From Octopus bimaculoides (lineage: Eukaryota): a DNA stretch of 64,000 nt. The stretch spans positions 101,550,798 through 101,614,797 of the forward strand of contig NC_068982.1 in assembly GCF_001194135.2 (NCBI RefSeq), given 5' to 3'. Positions 49,134-63,088 of the stretch are shown piece by piece; position 1 is the stretch's first letter; each line of letters starts with the position of its first letter. The notes under the pieces are model-generated. The model saw only the letters and a list, made by a program, of their open reading frames with translations, made no database searches and was not told where the DNA came from. The translations under genes and the position numbers were made by a program.

Positions 49134-49346
49134 CAGCGTGGAGTAGACTTTGCTGGCTGCTGCTGCTATTGCGCAGAACAACAAACAAAATATCAGATGC
49201 AATTTTGGAGATTTCTTCCCTCGAATAGTGGACGAAGATTACTCAATTATATAGATATTATTTGTAGAGATATTCAACATAAATGTGAGGCCTTCTTAAA
49301 ACTATTAGTTGGCAGAGATTCCGGGCGCAGCATTGTGAAACTGATC
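49134..49346 (+). mobile_element. Highly degenerate RTE-type LINE 3' coding fragment
   Basis: QRGVDFAGCCC..FWRFLP..GRRLLNYIDIICRD..LVGRD resembles the RTE C-terminal RRLRFAGHC..LW..RP..Y.D...RD..DR pattern. Confidence 0.4.
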
Positions 49347-51141
49347 ACCGTGGTGGAGGAGGTGATATGAAAAAGAATGTGATATGCACCTTGATTAACT
49401 ACAAAAAGTTTTTGGATTCAGTCTCAGAGAAGTGGTTTATCAAAATGCTGAAGATACAACAGTTTGACCTCACCAGTATAAACTTCATAAAACTGCGATG
49501 AAGAAGTAGCAAGCAATATTTACGATTCCCAGCAATGACAGGCTCACAGAGACATTGTACAGGGTTATACTAATGCGATAAGGGGAAAACTGTGTGAAGG
49601 GTGTCCAATAAAAGCCACAAAAAAAAAAGAAGTTCCAGTTTTGGAGAATGCAAATCTCCAAGAATTTTAATGATTGTAAATTTGCATATCTGAAATTAAT
49701 TTGGTTATTATCAGATGTTAATTTCTTAAATATCAGATTTGGAAATCCAATTTTGTTTTGTGCATTTCTACACAAAGTTGTATGCATGAAGTCATAATAT
49801 GAATATTTTTTCTTTCTTTCTTATTTGTGTCATAAATCGGGTTATATTTTCCTTTATGCAATATTGTTTCCTATATTTTCTCAAGCTCTTCCGTCTCCTG
49901 TTCCAAAGCCAAAGGGAAAATATTTATTTTTTGAACAGAGTATGCGGCATCATGAACTTCTGTTCATATTATATATAAAACTGGATGAGAAAATAAGAGA
50001 ATACTGCAAAAATATCTAAAAGAAAGTAAAAATCTAAACTTGATATCAATGATAAAAATCCGCTCTCAAATTTACCTGATTCTTGATCCTATTTGGATTC
50101 AGGATCTCTCATATTTTCGAACGCAGTGGTAAGAAATTATTTGCACAGAAACTTCAACTAGACTTGAAGCGCTATTCCAAGGAGTGGCTGATACTTGCGG
50201 AAATGTTCTCATTGTTATTTCTTGATTTAGAGCATGTCATGTAAAATACTTTGCATTCTTTTATTTTTACCATTGTTCGTAACAAAGCTAAACGTAGTCT
50301 ATGGGCAAAACTATCTATGAATAAAGCAAGTGGATATTTCTTTTCAACTATTGACTGCAAGCCATCCAACTCCCCATACTTGACAACGCCATCTCAGCAA
50401 CTATTTAGCTTACACGTATATTACGAAATTTGTAACGAATGTGCAAAGAGTTGTTCTGCTTCGATAGACGTTCTCAACCTCGAAAATTCGTTCACATAAC
50501 TTAGCACTCAATGCAAAACGAAGCCCACATAACATAAATTGGTACTGTCAGTGGTTTCAAAAAGCATTGCAGAAAGGAATTTTGTGTGTTTTGATCATTT
50601 TTTGTTATTTCATCAACTGCAATATATTGACACAGTCTCTACGAGGTAGTTATGTAATAAACTGGACATTCCACTGAAAGTTGTAGTATTGTCAAGGAAA
50701 CATTTTAACTCGCTGTCATAATTGCTTAGCACATCAATAAATCCGACGTAGTTACAGTATTTAACGAACTAGTTATTGGCCTTATCAGGACCTCTAAATA
50801 CTTGCCTCTTTTAACAAAATAATATACTACATCAAAAGAACGTTCCATGAATTTTCTGTTCCGTTTAACAATTTATGCTCATTGTCTGGAACATTCCTTT
50901 GATCACTCAATCCAGTTTTACCAGAGGACTTTTATTTTCTCCTGATATTACAACATGCAAGTGATTTGCTTATAGTCTGTATATTTTAATTGCTTTATGT
51001 ACATGTGACAAATCCTTACATCTATCTGTAAGTATTCAATATAATTTTATCATTTAAATACAGAAGACATCAGCAACAATAAACTCTTAGCACACTAATA
51101 AATCCAGCAAGCCTTTCTATTGTTGATGTAAATTTTAATGA

Positions 51142-51350
51142 TAGTGATCAGGCAGAACCGTTAGCGCATCGGACGAATTGCATTTCTTCCCGCTCTTAAC
51201 ATTCTGAGTTCAAATTTCTCCGACGCTGACTTTGTCTTTCATCCCCTTGGTGTCGATAAAATCCGTACCAGTTGAGCACTGGGGTCAATGTAATCGCGTA
51301 ACCCACTTCCACAAAATTGCTGGCCTTGTAACACAATTTGGAACTATCAT
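51142..51350 (+). mobile_element. SINE family A
   Basis: ggcagaaccgttagcgc..attctgagttcaaattt..gactttgtctttcatcc..gtcgataaaa..taccagttgagcactggggtc. Confidence 0.8.
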
Positions 51351-51921
51351 TAACGTACATGATACGTTTTGAAACACAGATTTTTTTTTTTTAACACTTA
51401 AAGGAAAATTAAATTTAGATATATGCTGGCCTTCTTTCCACAAAAAACTTTCTTATTGAAGAGTCATGAGATCTAGTTTGGGGGCAAATTAAAACTAATT
51501 AAATATATCGAATGACCTCTGAATGTCAACTAAACTTCTTATGTTCTACGATGGCATTAGCTCTAGTCTTATACAGTAATACCGCCTCTTTCAAAACAAA
51601 ATCTACCAAACTAGAAAACAAATTATATCATTATCATTGAAAAAATGAATAATACTTTTATTAATGTAATAAATTAATAATATCATTATTAATTTAATAA
51701 AACAATAATGCAATTATTAATGTAATAAATTGATGATACCATCATTAATTTAATAAATTAATAATAGTTTGAAATTTCAGAGTAATATAAATTGAATTTA
51801 TAATATTTTTCCAAAACGTTAACGTCAGTTTTCAAGTACTACGATAATGGTGAGGCTAGTTGTCGACGATATTGTAAAACAGGAAATGGATATGAATTTA
51901 CGATTGAACTTAATGAACAGA

Positions 51922-51922
<1 letters not shown>

Positions 51923-51968
<46 letters not shown>

Positions 51969-52161
51969 ACTTCAGACGAAAAGTAGTATAATAGTTGTAG
52001 AAGCAAAAGCAACACATCAGCAGCAGCAGCAGCAAACGTAGTACTAGTAGTAGTAGTACTCGTAGTAGCAGTAGCAGCAGCAACAGTAGTAGCTGTAGTA
52101 GTGGTAGTAGTAGTAATACAACAACATTGGTAGCCGCCGCCGCAGCAGCAACAGCAGCAGC

Positions 52162-52205
<44 letters not shown>

Positions 52206-52240
52206 CAGCAACAGCGGCAGTTGTAGTAGTGGAAGGAGCA
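51923..52240. repeat. Mosaic (TAC)n/(GTA)n/(GCA)n triplet repeats
   Basis: Directly visible; source of poly-Tyr/Cys/Thr/Val ORFs. Confidence 0.93.
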
Positions 52241-52358
52241 GTCAGCAGTACGCTGCATGTTTTCAAATCCTCTAGTAAAATTAAGTCATTAGTGGTCATC
52301 TTAATTCCAAAATATGATTTTATATTGTAAATGATGAGGAGGTTATGCAAATGGAATA

Positions 52359-52832
52359 CGACAGTGGATTGAAAAGTTCATATGTTGACTATGAAAGAGT
52401 GATGCTAGAGCAGTGAAATTTTGCATGCATTAACTTCAATAATAATAACAGCATTGTATCTTTCCAAGTAAACTGACATGTGACCGTTCAAAGAAGACTT
52501 CAAAAGTAACCAGTAGAGACTTCTCTTGAAGACGGACAAAATTTGGAATCGTGAGGTCATCAGGTACCTGCAGAAAGAGGATTTATCACCCAAGGGCATT
52601 CATACTGACATGGTTGCTATATTATGGGATGATGCTTCGGGTTTTCCAACAGTACAAAAGTGGGCAGCTGAATTTAGGAGGAAAACATTGATCATATTCA
52701 CACGATGATGGATGACAAAATAGCCAGTGTTGTGAGCATACCTCGTGAGAGAGTTGAGAATATTCTGCATAATGAACTTAGCATGACGAAGGTTTCTGTT
52801 CCGTAGGTGCCACGTCTTCTGGACACCTGATC
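52359..52832 (+). mobile_element. Mariner transposon 5' remnant with N-terminal transposase (internally deleted)
   Basis: TA-cgacagtggattgaaaagttc end; DKIWNREVIRYLQKEDLSPKGIHTDMVAILWDDASGFPTVQKWAAEFRR, then ASVVSIPRERVENILHNELSMTKVSVP*VPRLL (WVPRLL motif). Confidence 0.85.
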
Positions 52833-54197
52833 AACGTAGTTCGACGCACATACGATGAGACGTATTTTGTATGGTTGAAAATGAACATTATTGATAAATG
52901 CTCTTTTGTATGTTAAAAAAAAAGTCATGAAAACGGCGGTAACCTGCAGATACATATGCGTTGTGTACCGAGAGAATTCCTTGTGCCTAGTGTATAAAGT
53001 AATATTATCTTTATTAATTATAACCTGAGAAATATATCCCATATTTCCATTTTGAAAAACAAGAATTCTTTATATTCTGGGGGACATGCAAAGCAGTATT
53101 CAGTATTAACAAATGCTGTGTGAGTATGCCCTTACAATATTTTTATAGCTAACCCTACTGACGGTTTGTGAGACATAACGTCTATCTTTACAGAAAAAAT
53201 CTGCCAATGTTTTCATATAAATAGTTGTGTAATTACAGATGAGTTGACAGATGTATTACTTAACTACCTCTGTGGCTTTAATGCAACAGCAAGATCGATA
53301 AAATTACTTAGATTTTCATCTCACGTCTGCACAACAATATAGTCATTTGGTATTGCTATGAGAGTAATTAGTACGCTTTTGTCATTCTTCTCATGAAAAT
53401 TAATCTCAGGCATAATAATGTGCCATCTGGTGGTCTGCCGTCTCTATGCTGTTTTTATTAAGTTTTCCATTGTGATTTACAGAGACGAATGGATGTTTAA
53501 AATAGTAGGTGTATCTAAAGGAACATTGTATGTTATCATGTCAATAAGTATATTTTATTGGAACTACTGTTGGACATCCTGATCAAATATGGTGTATTAT
53601 TACTTCAGAAAATACCTAACACAGCAAATTTTCGTCATCTATATTAGTGGAATTATGAAGTCGGCGAGCTGGCAGAATCATTAGCACGAATCTTGCCGAT
53701 TAGCCTTGATTCTTCTATTTGTGTTTATTGACATATCCCAGGGTATGGTTGCTTTGTCATTTTCTGAGAACTATTCTGGTATATGCTTATACCATTTTTT
53801 GTGTTGTCCTTTCTTAGGGCTGACTCCATTTCTGTCATGTCTGTGGATATATTCTTTCTTGGCCAACACTGGGTAGCTAGAGAAATATGATTTATTGTTA
53901 CTTCCTCATCACCATATATGCTACAGAAACTAATTATATCTTTCTTCATTTTGGTGGTTTCTGGGGTGCGGTGGGGGTTAGGGATTTAATTTTTACTATT
54001 TCTTCTCTGTTTGGCTTATCTCGGTATTTGCCATGTAAGGGCATTTCTTACAGTCGTTTTATCGTAGCATTTTAATCGTTTTACAGTTTTTATTGTTTCT
54101 CCTTTTGCCTCACATTTGTCTTGCATCATGACCTCTACTTTGTATTTTCGACATCTTTGAAGATAAAAAAGATGTTTTTTATCTTACTATCATTATG

Positions 54198-54500
54198 AAG
54201 GCGATGAGCTGGCTAAATCGTTAGGACATCGGTTAAAATGATTAGCAGAATTCCGCTCGTCTTTACGTTATGAGCCTCAAACTTATGGGTGGGGGGACTA
54301 CTCGATTATACCGACCCAGTGTTTCGCTGGTACTTAATTTATCGACCCCGAAATGAATAAAGGCAAAGTCGACCTCGGCGGAATTTGAACCAAGAACATA
54401 AGGACGGACGCTAAGTATTTTCCCTGGGTGTGCTAATGATTCTGCCAGCTCGCCATATCAATGATCCTTTCTATTGGAAACACAAGGCTTCAGATTTGGG
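54198..54500. mobile_element. Cluster of SINE family A fragments (plus 54198-54270, minus 54285-54455)
   Basis: ggcgatgagctggctaaatcgttag..; ctggtacttaatttatcgaccccgaa..aaaggcaaagtcgacctcggcggaatttgaac..tgattctgccagctcgcc. Confidence 0.8.
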
Positions 54501-54609
54501 GGGATTAATAGTTCAGCACTGGTTTTGATATGACTTACCTATTCATTCCCTCTAAGATTGCTTACCTTGTGCCAAAATTTAAATGAATTATTATTATTAT
54601 CAGTTATTA

Positions 54610-54826
54610 CGAGGGGGTGCTGAAAAGTTACTGGTTTTGGGTAAAACACAATACAAGTGAATCAATGAATTATGATTTTATTCAACATATTCCTCTCTCG
54701 GATTCACACACTTATTGCAACGGTCCTCCAGTTTTTCTAAACTCTGTAAAAGAACTCGGAAGGTTGTGCCTCCAGCCAGCCCTTTCACGAAATTCTTATA
54801 GCCCGCAACTTTTCAGCACCTCTTCG
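54610..54826 (+). mobile_element. Mariner-type MITE
   Basis: TA-cgagggggtgctgaaaagtt ... aacttttcagcacctcttcg; same family as 606-822. Confidence 0.88.
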
Positions 54827-54841
54827 AATATAATACTGATA

Positions 54842-55066
54842 CAGGCAGTGATAAGGTAGAATGGTTAGTGCGTCGGACAAAGATACTTAACGGCATTTCC
54901 TCTGGCTCTTTACGTTCTGGGTTCAAGTACAGCCGAGGTCGACTTAGCTGCATCCTTTCAGAGCCGATAAAATAAGAAATATAAAATGAGCACTGGGGTC
55001 GATGTTATTGATTTTCCTCTTATCCTTAAAACTGCAAGCCTTGTGCAAAAATTATAAAGAATTATT
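54842..55066 (+). mobile_element. SINE family A, diverged
   Basis: gaatggttagtgcgtcggac..ttacgttctgggttcaag..ccgaggtcgactt..catcctttc..gagcactggggtcgatg. Confidence 0.78.
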
Positions 55067-56409
55067 GTTAATATTATCTTCATTACCTTCATAATAATTT
55101 TCATAATCAATTTCTTTCGTTTACAGAGTTTACAAATACAACAAAATGTGACGCCGTCATCACTCCTCGATCCAAAAGTATCAGTAATATATTATGAGTC
55201 TATGCAATCGACTTCGCTCTCCCTCTTTAAATTTCTCAATTTTTGATGATATTGTCCCTGTAATCGTCATTATCAATGATTAAGAACGCCGAGAAGTATA
55301 TAGAAACGGTAAATTTTACTTTTACCCATCAACCTATTTCTGCTGGCAAAGCGGACCCTTCTTCGCTCCAGTTTGCCTTTAGTTTTTCAGCAGGTCTGTT
55401 GTTGATTGAATAGACTGTAACACAAATACGTTGTTCTTATGACTATATAAGGAATCACTATTATTATAAGAGATGCTACCGTTGAATAGTCGTGTCAGCT
55501 CTGGCACGGAATATTTGGTTGAAAACAAACTATAGCAAAGAAAAGAACAACGCCGAGTCACCATGTTTTCTTGTTGACAACCAATCATCTTCTCTCCGAT
55601 GTCTTTTCCCCACTTCAGTCTCCCAGTCTCTCTTTCCCTCCCCCTCTCGTTCTGTCTTTGTGCTTTTTATCAGATTATGAAAATAAACACGATGAATGTT
55701 GGTTTTTATTTCTCTAACTGTTCAAATAATTAATAAAACAGCAACTTTGGCAAACAACACACGAAGGAAACGCCTCAGAGTCATCTCTGTTTTCTTTCTC
55801 TCTTTTTCCTCTCTCCTTCTCGCTCCCTTTCACCCAACATCCCCGACTCGAACTTTACTTTTCTATCTCATATTTCTTTTTTCCCTTTTTGTTCTCCAGC
55901 TTTCCTTCTATCTTTCTCTCTCCATCCACCACCTCCTCCTCTCTTTGTCTCTCGTTTTTCTCTCCCTCTATTTCACACTAACACTTATATCTTTCTAACT
56001 TTATTCTTTTAGGCAATCGCATCTGGAAATGGTGTTGTTTGCACAGAGCAATCACACCCACCACATCCACGAATATGTATGTGTAACACGCACATATGTG
56101 TACATATATGTACATTACAAGTCCTTCGCATGCATGGCTCAACATAAATACACATACGTATGTAATGTAATATATATATATACACATATACACACGTGTG
56201 TGTATGTGTGTATACAAATGTATGCATATGTATACATACAGAATATTGCCGGAAGGCGCTTACTACCTGGTAAATACATTGGCTAGTTAAGCCGACCATG
56301 TTAAAGAAAGTAAATTTTTACCATCATCTCTCAACTACCACTATACTTCTACCAATCACAAATGCTCAAACAAAACTTCACGTATACACCAACACAAAGA
56401 CATACACGA

Positions 56410-56615
56410 CCATACAAACACATACACAAAAAATACTCATAGACACACTCACGCACACGCACGCACACGTACGCACACGTACATGCACGCACACGCACAC
56501 GCACGCACATGCACGCACATGCACACACACGCACGCACACGCACGCGCACGCGCACACGCACGCACACACACTTATATGTATATAAAAATGTATACGTGT
56601 ATATATATTGTATGC

Positions 56616-56650
<35 letters not shown>

Positions 56651-56899
56651 TGAATACATTATAAAGTATTATGTGTCTGCATCTATAAGTAATGTGTGTG
56701 CATTTATCAACGTGAAATCTGTATATACACACACTCACACGTACATACGCGCACACGCACTCACTATCGGTCAAGAACTGAAAAGCAGTGTTTTGATATG
56801 CTAAATATTCCCTATAGATATAAACATCACAAATATGATAAACTCATTTTAATCAAAATATTATATCTATCCACACATCTATCTATCTATCTATCTACT

Positions 56900-56932
<33 letters not shown>

Positions 56933-57020
56933 CTTTATCTGCTTATCTATTTATCTATCTACTCATCTATCTATGTACCTATATATCTACTTTCCTACCG
57001 AACTATCTATCTATCTATCT
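56410..57020. repeat. Compound microsatellite field (CA/CG, TA, CTAT)
   Basis: Directly visible. Confidence 0.9.
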
Positions 57021-57899
57021 GTACCCACACATATACACATAAACACATACCTATGTGTGTGTGCGTGCGCGCGGGAGCCTTACGCACACAATTTTTACAT
57101 ATATGTGTATACCTTTATGCGTTTGTATGTATGCATCTATCTATACGTGCATCTAAAAATTTTCATATATGACTCCCTTAGTAGGAAAAAAGAAAAGAGA
57201 CAAATAAGAAATAAACGCAATGCTTTCTTTCTTGTTTACCTGAAATTCATAATTTTCTGCTTCGCACTTATTAATCAACTGCATTTTTTTTTTTTTTTTT
57301 GTATTTGTCTTACAATCCTGCTTTGAAAGTCAGGAATAAGAAATAGTTCTCGCTCTTAAGTGAAGTTATCTTGGGGGAACTTGGGACTTGTAATGTTTGC
57401 AGTTTCATCTTCGTTTACAAGGGAGCTCAAATGGAATATAGTCTTTGACAACCAAAGTTTTATCTGCAGAAGAATTGTATTAATCCTCGTTTATACATTT
57501 TGTGTTTTTAATTTTGTTCTGTTGCAGGGGGGGGGTGCATACTAGTGACTTTCGTAGCTACCCACCACCTACTGAGACCGAGGAAATCGATAATATCGTC
57601 GCTCCATCTCAGCAGTTGTGAGTCGACGGCTGTTGCGAGGGAATTCTAAGGGATAGGCGTACTAGATAGAAAAGGACAGAGCGTGTTTGTTTGTATAGAG
57701 CTTGAGATAAGAGTGGAAACAAAAATGAGTGACAATAAAACTAAAGTTAGAGGATGGGGGCATCTGCGTAAAGGGGGTACGACTGACTCACTCAGAAGAG
57801 TAGAAGCCTACTGAAAGAAGAGATTGCATGTTCAGGAATCAGAGGTTGGAACATGTCTGTGAGGGACTTCATGCCAACCAGTCAAGTAACCTTTCTTTG

Positions 57900-59650
57900 A
57901 AAACAAGTCTTGGATACCTATGTATCTAGCAGTTGCACCTTGCCAGATGCGAGTGGAATATTCTGTTGTGGATCTCGTCTGAGTGTTTTAGAAGGTTGGT
58001 TATTAAAGATCAGCCTTGATGAATTTTCTGGACTTGAACAAGAATGCCATTCTTCGTGAAGTTCTGCGTTCTTCTGGTGAGGTCCGCTGTTATGGCAAGG
58101 CCTAGCATCTGTAGCTGTTTTGCATCGTTTCGCTATGCTGTTTATGTAGAGATTAATGGAAAAAATATTCTCTTGGTTATCTGTGGTGAGTGGGTCTTTG
58201 TGATAATGAAAGAGACAAGATTGACACGATTTCACAGGAGAATGCTATCAAGGTCTCTGTTTATGGATTCAGTGCAGGTCGAGATGGTATACACCAGAGT
58301 TGATAGAGTGTGAATTATGGAGAAACGTTTTAGCATACACTTCGATGATGCTGTTTAACAGAGACTCACTGATTAAACTGATCAGAGAGGGACAAAGTCA
58401 GAAATTTTTCAGACAAGGTGAATGCTTCGCAGATGTTGAGATAGAGAACATTGTTTGCAGTGACTTAATCGTGGGCTGGAGTAAGAGAGTAAAATACTCG
58501 TAGATCTAGGTTTTCGAAGTCCATACTGGTGTCTTAGGGTAGACGTTAATGTTTGTCTTTGGCACATTTGAAATTATGGAACAATTATGAAAGTGACTTC
58601 AACCAGGCACTAGGTAGAAAGATCAGACTTGTTTCTAAAGGAAGATCACAGCAGGGGGGATAAATGGAGAGAGAGAAATAGAGAGAGAGAGAAGGAGAGA
58701 GATGGAGAGAAATGCAGAGAGAATGAAGAGAGGAATGGAGAGCGAGAGAGACTGACAAGTTAATTGGAGGAAAGTAGAAAGAGCGTTATTAGCGGAGTGT
58801 TGTGAGCGATTATAAATTGTTTCGTACTTATAATGTATGTATGAATCGTATTCAGCTTATTGAAGTAGTAAAGGATCGCCCCCATAGCTATCCCTTACAG
58901 TGTGTTGTTATTTGGAAACAGGAAGCAATAATCTGGACTTTGTCTTATCCGGAACATTCATGGTGCAAAAATGAAATTAAAAAAAATTAATTCGGCAAAT
59001 TAGTGCAAGTCCTCTTGTCCTTTTGTTTTGGGACCAATTCATTCGGATGCACTTTGGTAGACAAGTATGGCTTGCAGGCTGTTTAATGCACGTATTGGAG
59101 TAATTTCAGAGCTGCATAAAATCCACCCAGGTGTGGGTAATTTTCTCCAATCATTGTAGGCCACGATATCTGCTTCAAATCTTGAAGTCTAGCTGTGAAT
59201 GAACCCCCTGAGGTACTTAAAGATTTAATATTCATATCCTACAAAACATCGATGTATTATTTGATTACCGAATATTGCTTTGAAAGATCCTCTGATATAG
59301 ATGTACCGTGCTAAAAGCACAGATATATATCAAAGCAGAAAACTGCCCGTTACAGAATCCAGAACTGCCAGATCACGTGATCTCAGCGCTTCCTCAGTAA
59401 CAGGCGTCCATCCCTGCATACCAGTCAAATCTTACTGCCAAAGATATGTAAAGTAACAGTTGCTTTTCAGTCAGTGGTGCCGCAGATAGCCAACAAGCTT
59501 ATTAAAATATTAATATTAGCGACTGAATGCTGAGCTGGGTGCCTTCCACTGAGGAAGTTCACGACGCAGATCTGACAGACCTGCCCTTTTACTAGACGGT
59601 TCTCGTTGACTAAGATATAGGTCTGTGCTTTTAGCACTGTACGTCTTTAT
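57900..59650 (-). mobile_element. Very degenerate CR1/Jockey-group LINE fragment
   Basis: Minus-strand frames give scattered RT-like words: NVLYLNICEAF (cf. VFLDISKAF), HSINSGV (cf. INSGVPQG), ISWP. No long open frame; tentative. Confidence 0.35.
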
Positions 59651-60959
59651 GAGAGAATCTCTTCAGGCATATACCACAGTATTTGGTGCTCTAATAATAC
59701 ATCCACGATTTGTAGGATATGAACATTGTGTCGTGGTATTAATACTTCTTCGATCGCAAATATTCATTTTTCAATACGCCGGCTTGCTGTTTGCGACACC
59801 AACCATAGAATTAGATGTATTTGAAAGAGTGGAAGAGGAATATTTTGAACCAGAGTAACTGGAAACTGTTGTATCGGATATTCAAGTTATAGAGTTCAGT
59901 GGCGAGTTGAGTGAAATCTACAGATACACAGATAGAAGCTTTCAGAATGAAACGCGAGTATAAAGTGTAGATTGGTCTGAAAAGATGCATTGCAGACAAC
60001 TTGCATTTTTGTGGCATATCGCACTCTTTTCACATATATAATTCTTTATAGGATAGTATACTTTGAGCTTAACAATTTTATTCGTTTGGTCTACATAGAT
60101 ATGATGCAACATTAGATGATTTCAGTAATGGGTTATAAAAGAGAATTAGATTAGAAGCACAAAAATATCTCAGTGTGTTCCATGAGTCTATATGTCAAAA
60201 CAATAACATGTATTGCTGTTATATGCATGGATGTTAGTGTAACCTGTAACGTCTGTGTTTTAGAACCTTTAGTACTCGAATTGCATATCTATCTACAAGT
60301 TATTTATGCATGCTCCGGTAAGGGGCAACAGATTAGAGATTATCCTCTGCTGAGTAGAGTTCGCAAATTGTCTTCGATTTCCAACATTTTTGCATTACTA
60401 TTACTCTTCTTGGAAAGAATGAACATGAGAATATATGTGCTTATCTATTTCTAAAAACCAAAATTCTGCATAAACACTGGCCAATGAGGGAGACTTAATT
60501 TATTAAAAACAACTGGACAAACACACCCTACTGCTTTCAACAAAGGAAAGGAACGCTGGGCAATGTTGTAATAAGTATATTATGAGTGATGTAAAGACAA
60601 AAAAGCCTGGTTACTCACACGCAGAACATTTTTGATCAAAGGTCAGATCGATCAGTGCTGATCTGATGGCAACTCTATAAAGTTAAGAACAACTATCGGA
60701 AAGTTGAAAATCACAACTAAACAATTTATCACACTTTCTCATCACTTAAGTCATAGAGTTAAGTAATGTCTTGCCTTTTTAATAAAAGCAAGGCTATGAA
60801 TATTTCATTAAGTGATGTATATCTATCAGATAGCGTTTGTTTAAGACAATGTTTTCATCTATTTATTTATTCATTCTATATTTATTCATTCTAACCGTTC
60901 TATGAAAGAAAGTGTTCATCTATAAAAGACTGAGTGCCACTTTTTAAAAATGAACATAT

Positions 60960-61380
60960 AGGCGTAGGAGTGGCTGCGTGGTTAGTAGCTTGCTTACGAA
61001 ACACATGGTTCCGGGTTCTGTCCCACTGCGTGGCATCTTGGGCAACTGTCTTCTACTATAGCCTCGGGCCGACCAAAGCCTTCTGAATGGATTTGGTAGA
61101 CGGAAACTGAAAGAAGCCCGTCGTATATATGTATATGTATATATGTATATGTATATATGTATGTGTGTGTGTATATGTTTGTGTGTCTGTGTTTGTTCCC
61201 ACCAACATCGATTGACAACCGATGCTGGTGTGTTTACATCCCCGTAACTTAGTGGTTCGGCAAAATAGACCGATAAAATAAGTACTAGGCTTACAAAGAA
61301 TAAGTCCTGGGGTTGATTTGCTCGATTAAGGTAATGCTCCAGCATGGTCACAGTCAAATAACTGAAGCAAATAAAAGAGT
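60960..61380 (+). mobile_element. SINE family B, complete (tRNA head, CORE-like body, central TA/TG microsatellite, LINE-like tail)
   Basis: ggcgtaggagtggctgcgtggttag..ccgggttctgtccc..tcttgggcaactgtctt..gaagcccgtcgta(TA/TG)n..ctccagcatggtcacagtcaaataactgaagcaaataaaagagt. Confidence 0.92.
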
Positions 61381-62021
61381 ATGTGAGCTCTTAGAAATAA
61401 CCAAATATCTCCCAAATTAAAACCGCCTGTCCAGAAAATGTTACCCTTGATACACTTCGTCAGAACGAAAGAACAGTTTGTCATGGTTGGAACTATAAAA
61501 TCCAGCAACAGCATGGTTAAAAAGTTCTAACATGAAATGCAGCAGCATCTGCAACCAGAAATCATTTGGGTGCTGCTTTATTTATTTATTATTTTTTTTT
61601 TGTGTGTTCATTGGCGGTAAGGAAGATTATTTTGTCCGCTTGCCTATCTGTGATGACTCAGATTGGCGAGTATCATTCATAATATGCAGCTGATGTTACT
61701 ACATCTGCTGCTGCATCAGCCGGTGCTGTATTTGTTGATGATGATGATGACAAGGAAGATGGTTACTGATCATAACGAAATACGATAGATTTTTATTGTT
61801 TGTTTTGTATTGGAGTTTTTAAACGATTTTATCCGATTCAGTAATTATTGCTATTTTTAAAATTTTTGACTGCATTACATGTTTTGTAATGTTTTCCTCT
61901 GTTGTTCCCTCGGCAAATAAAGAAATTGTCATTATCATTATTGTTAATATTTTTATCTCTTCTTGGGTATTTGCTGTGACTTGCTTTTGCATATCTGTTG
62001 CATTGAATGTACTCTATGTCA

Positions 62022-62311
62022 TGTGGTAAGTAGCTTGCTGACCAACCACATAGTTCCGGGTTCAGTCCCACTGCGTTGCACCTTGGGCAAGTGTTTTCTA
62101 CTATACACTCGGGCCGACCAAAGCCTTGTGAGTGGATTTGGTAGACGGAAACTAAAAGAAGCCTGTCGTATATATGTATATATATATGTATGTGTGTGTG
62201 TATATGTTTGTGTGTCTGTGTTTGTTCCCACCAACATCGATTGACAACCGATGCTGGTGTGTTTACGTCCCCGTAACTTAGCGGTTCGGCAAAAGAGACC
62301 GATAGAATAAG
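62022..62311 (+). mobile_element. SINE family B, near consensus, runs into gap
   Basis: tgtggtaagtagcttgc..ccgggttcagtccc..ccttgggcaagtg..ccccgtaacttagcggttcggcaaaagagaccgatagaataag. Confidence 0.92.
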
Positions 62312-63042
62312 NNNNNNNNNNNNNNNNNNNNNNNNNNNNNNNNNNNNNNNNNNNNNNNNNNNNNNNNNNNNNNNNNNNNNNNNNNNNNNNNNNNNNNNNN
62401 NNNNNNNNNNNNNNNNNNNNNNNNNNNNNNNNNNNNNNNNNNNNNNNNNNNNNNNNNNNNNNNNNNNNNNNNNNNNNNNNNNNNNNNNNNNNNNNNNNNN
62501 NNNNNNNNNNNNNNNNNNNNNNNNNNNNNNNNNNNNNNNNNNNNNNNNNNNNNNNNNNNNNNNNNNNNNNNNNNNNNNNNNNNNNNNNNNNNNNNNNNNN
62601 NNNNNNNNNNNNNNNNNNNNNNNNNNNNNNNNNNNNNNNNNNNNNNNNNNNNNNNNNNNNNNNNNNNNNNNNNNNNNNNNNNNNNNNNNNNNNNNNNNNN
62701 NNNNNNNNNNNNNNNNNNNNNNNNNNNNNNNNNNNNNNNNNNNNNNNNNNNNNNNNNNNNNNNNNNNNNNNNNNNNNNNNNNNNNNNNNNNNNNNNNNNN
62801 NNNNNNNNNNNNNNNNNNNNNNNNNNNNNNNNNNNNNNNNNNNNNNNNNNNNNNNNNNNNNNNNNNNNNNNNNNNNNNNNNNNNNNNNNNNNNNNNNNNN
62901 NNNNNNNAGTATTTTGCATCATTTCTTTGATATTATGACCATGGACATTGTCTCAATTATAAGTCCTTGATTCTGCTTGAGAGCGAACGGAAAAGAAAAC
63001 GGAGAAAGAAAAAACGTGTACGGACTGAAGCCCTTCGTACGC

Positions 63043-63082
<40 letters not shown>

Positions 63083-63088
<6 letters not shown>

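Noticed and set aside
51655-51760. Two-copy ~55-bp AT-rich tandem repeat
   Set aside because: Low-complexity local duplication with no further structure.
4353-62922. Long ORFs in the supplied track containing runs of X
   Set aside because: They are open only because N-gaps translate without stops; the flanks are microsatellites.
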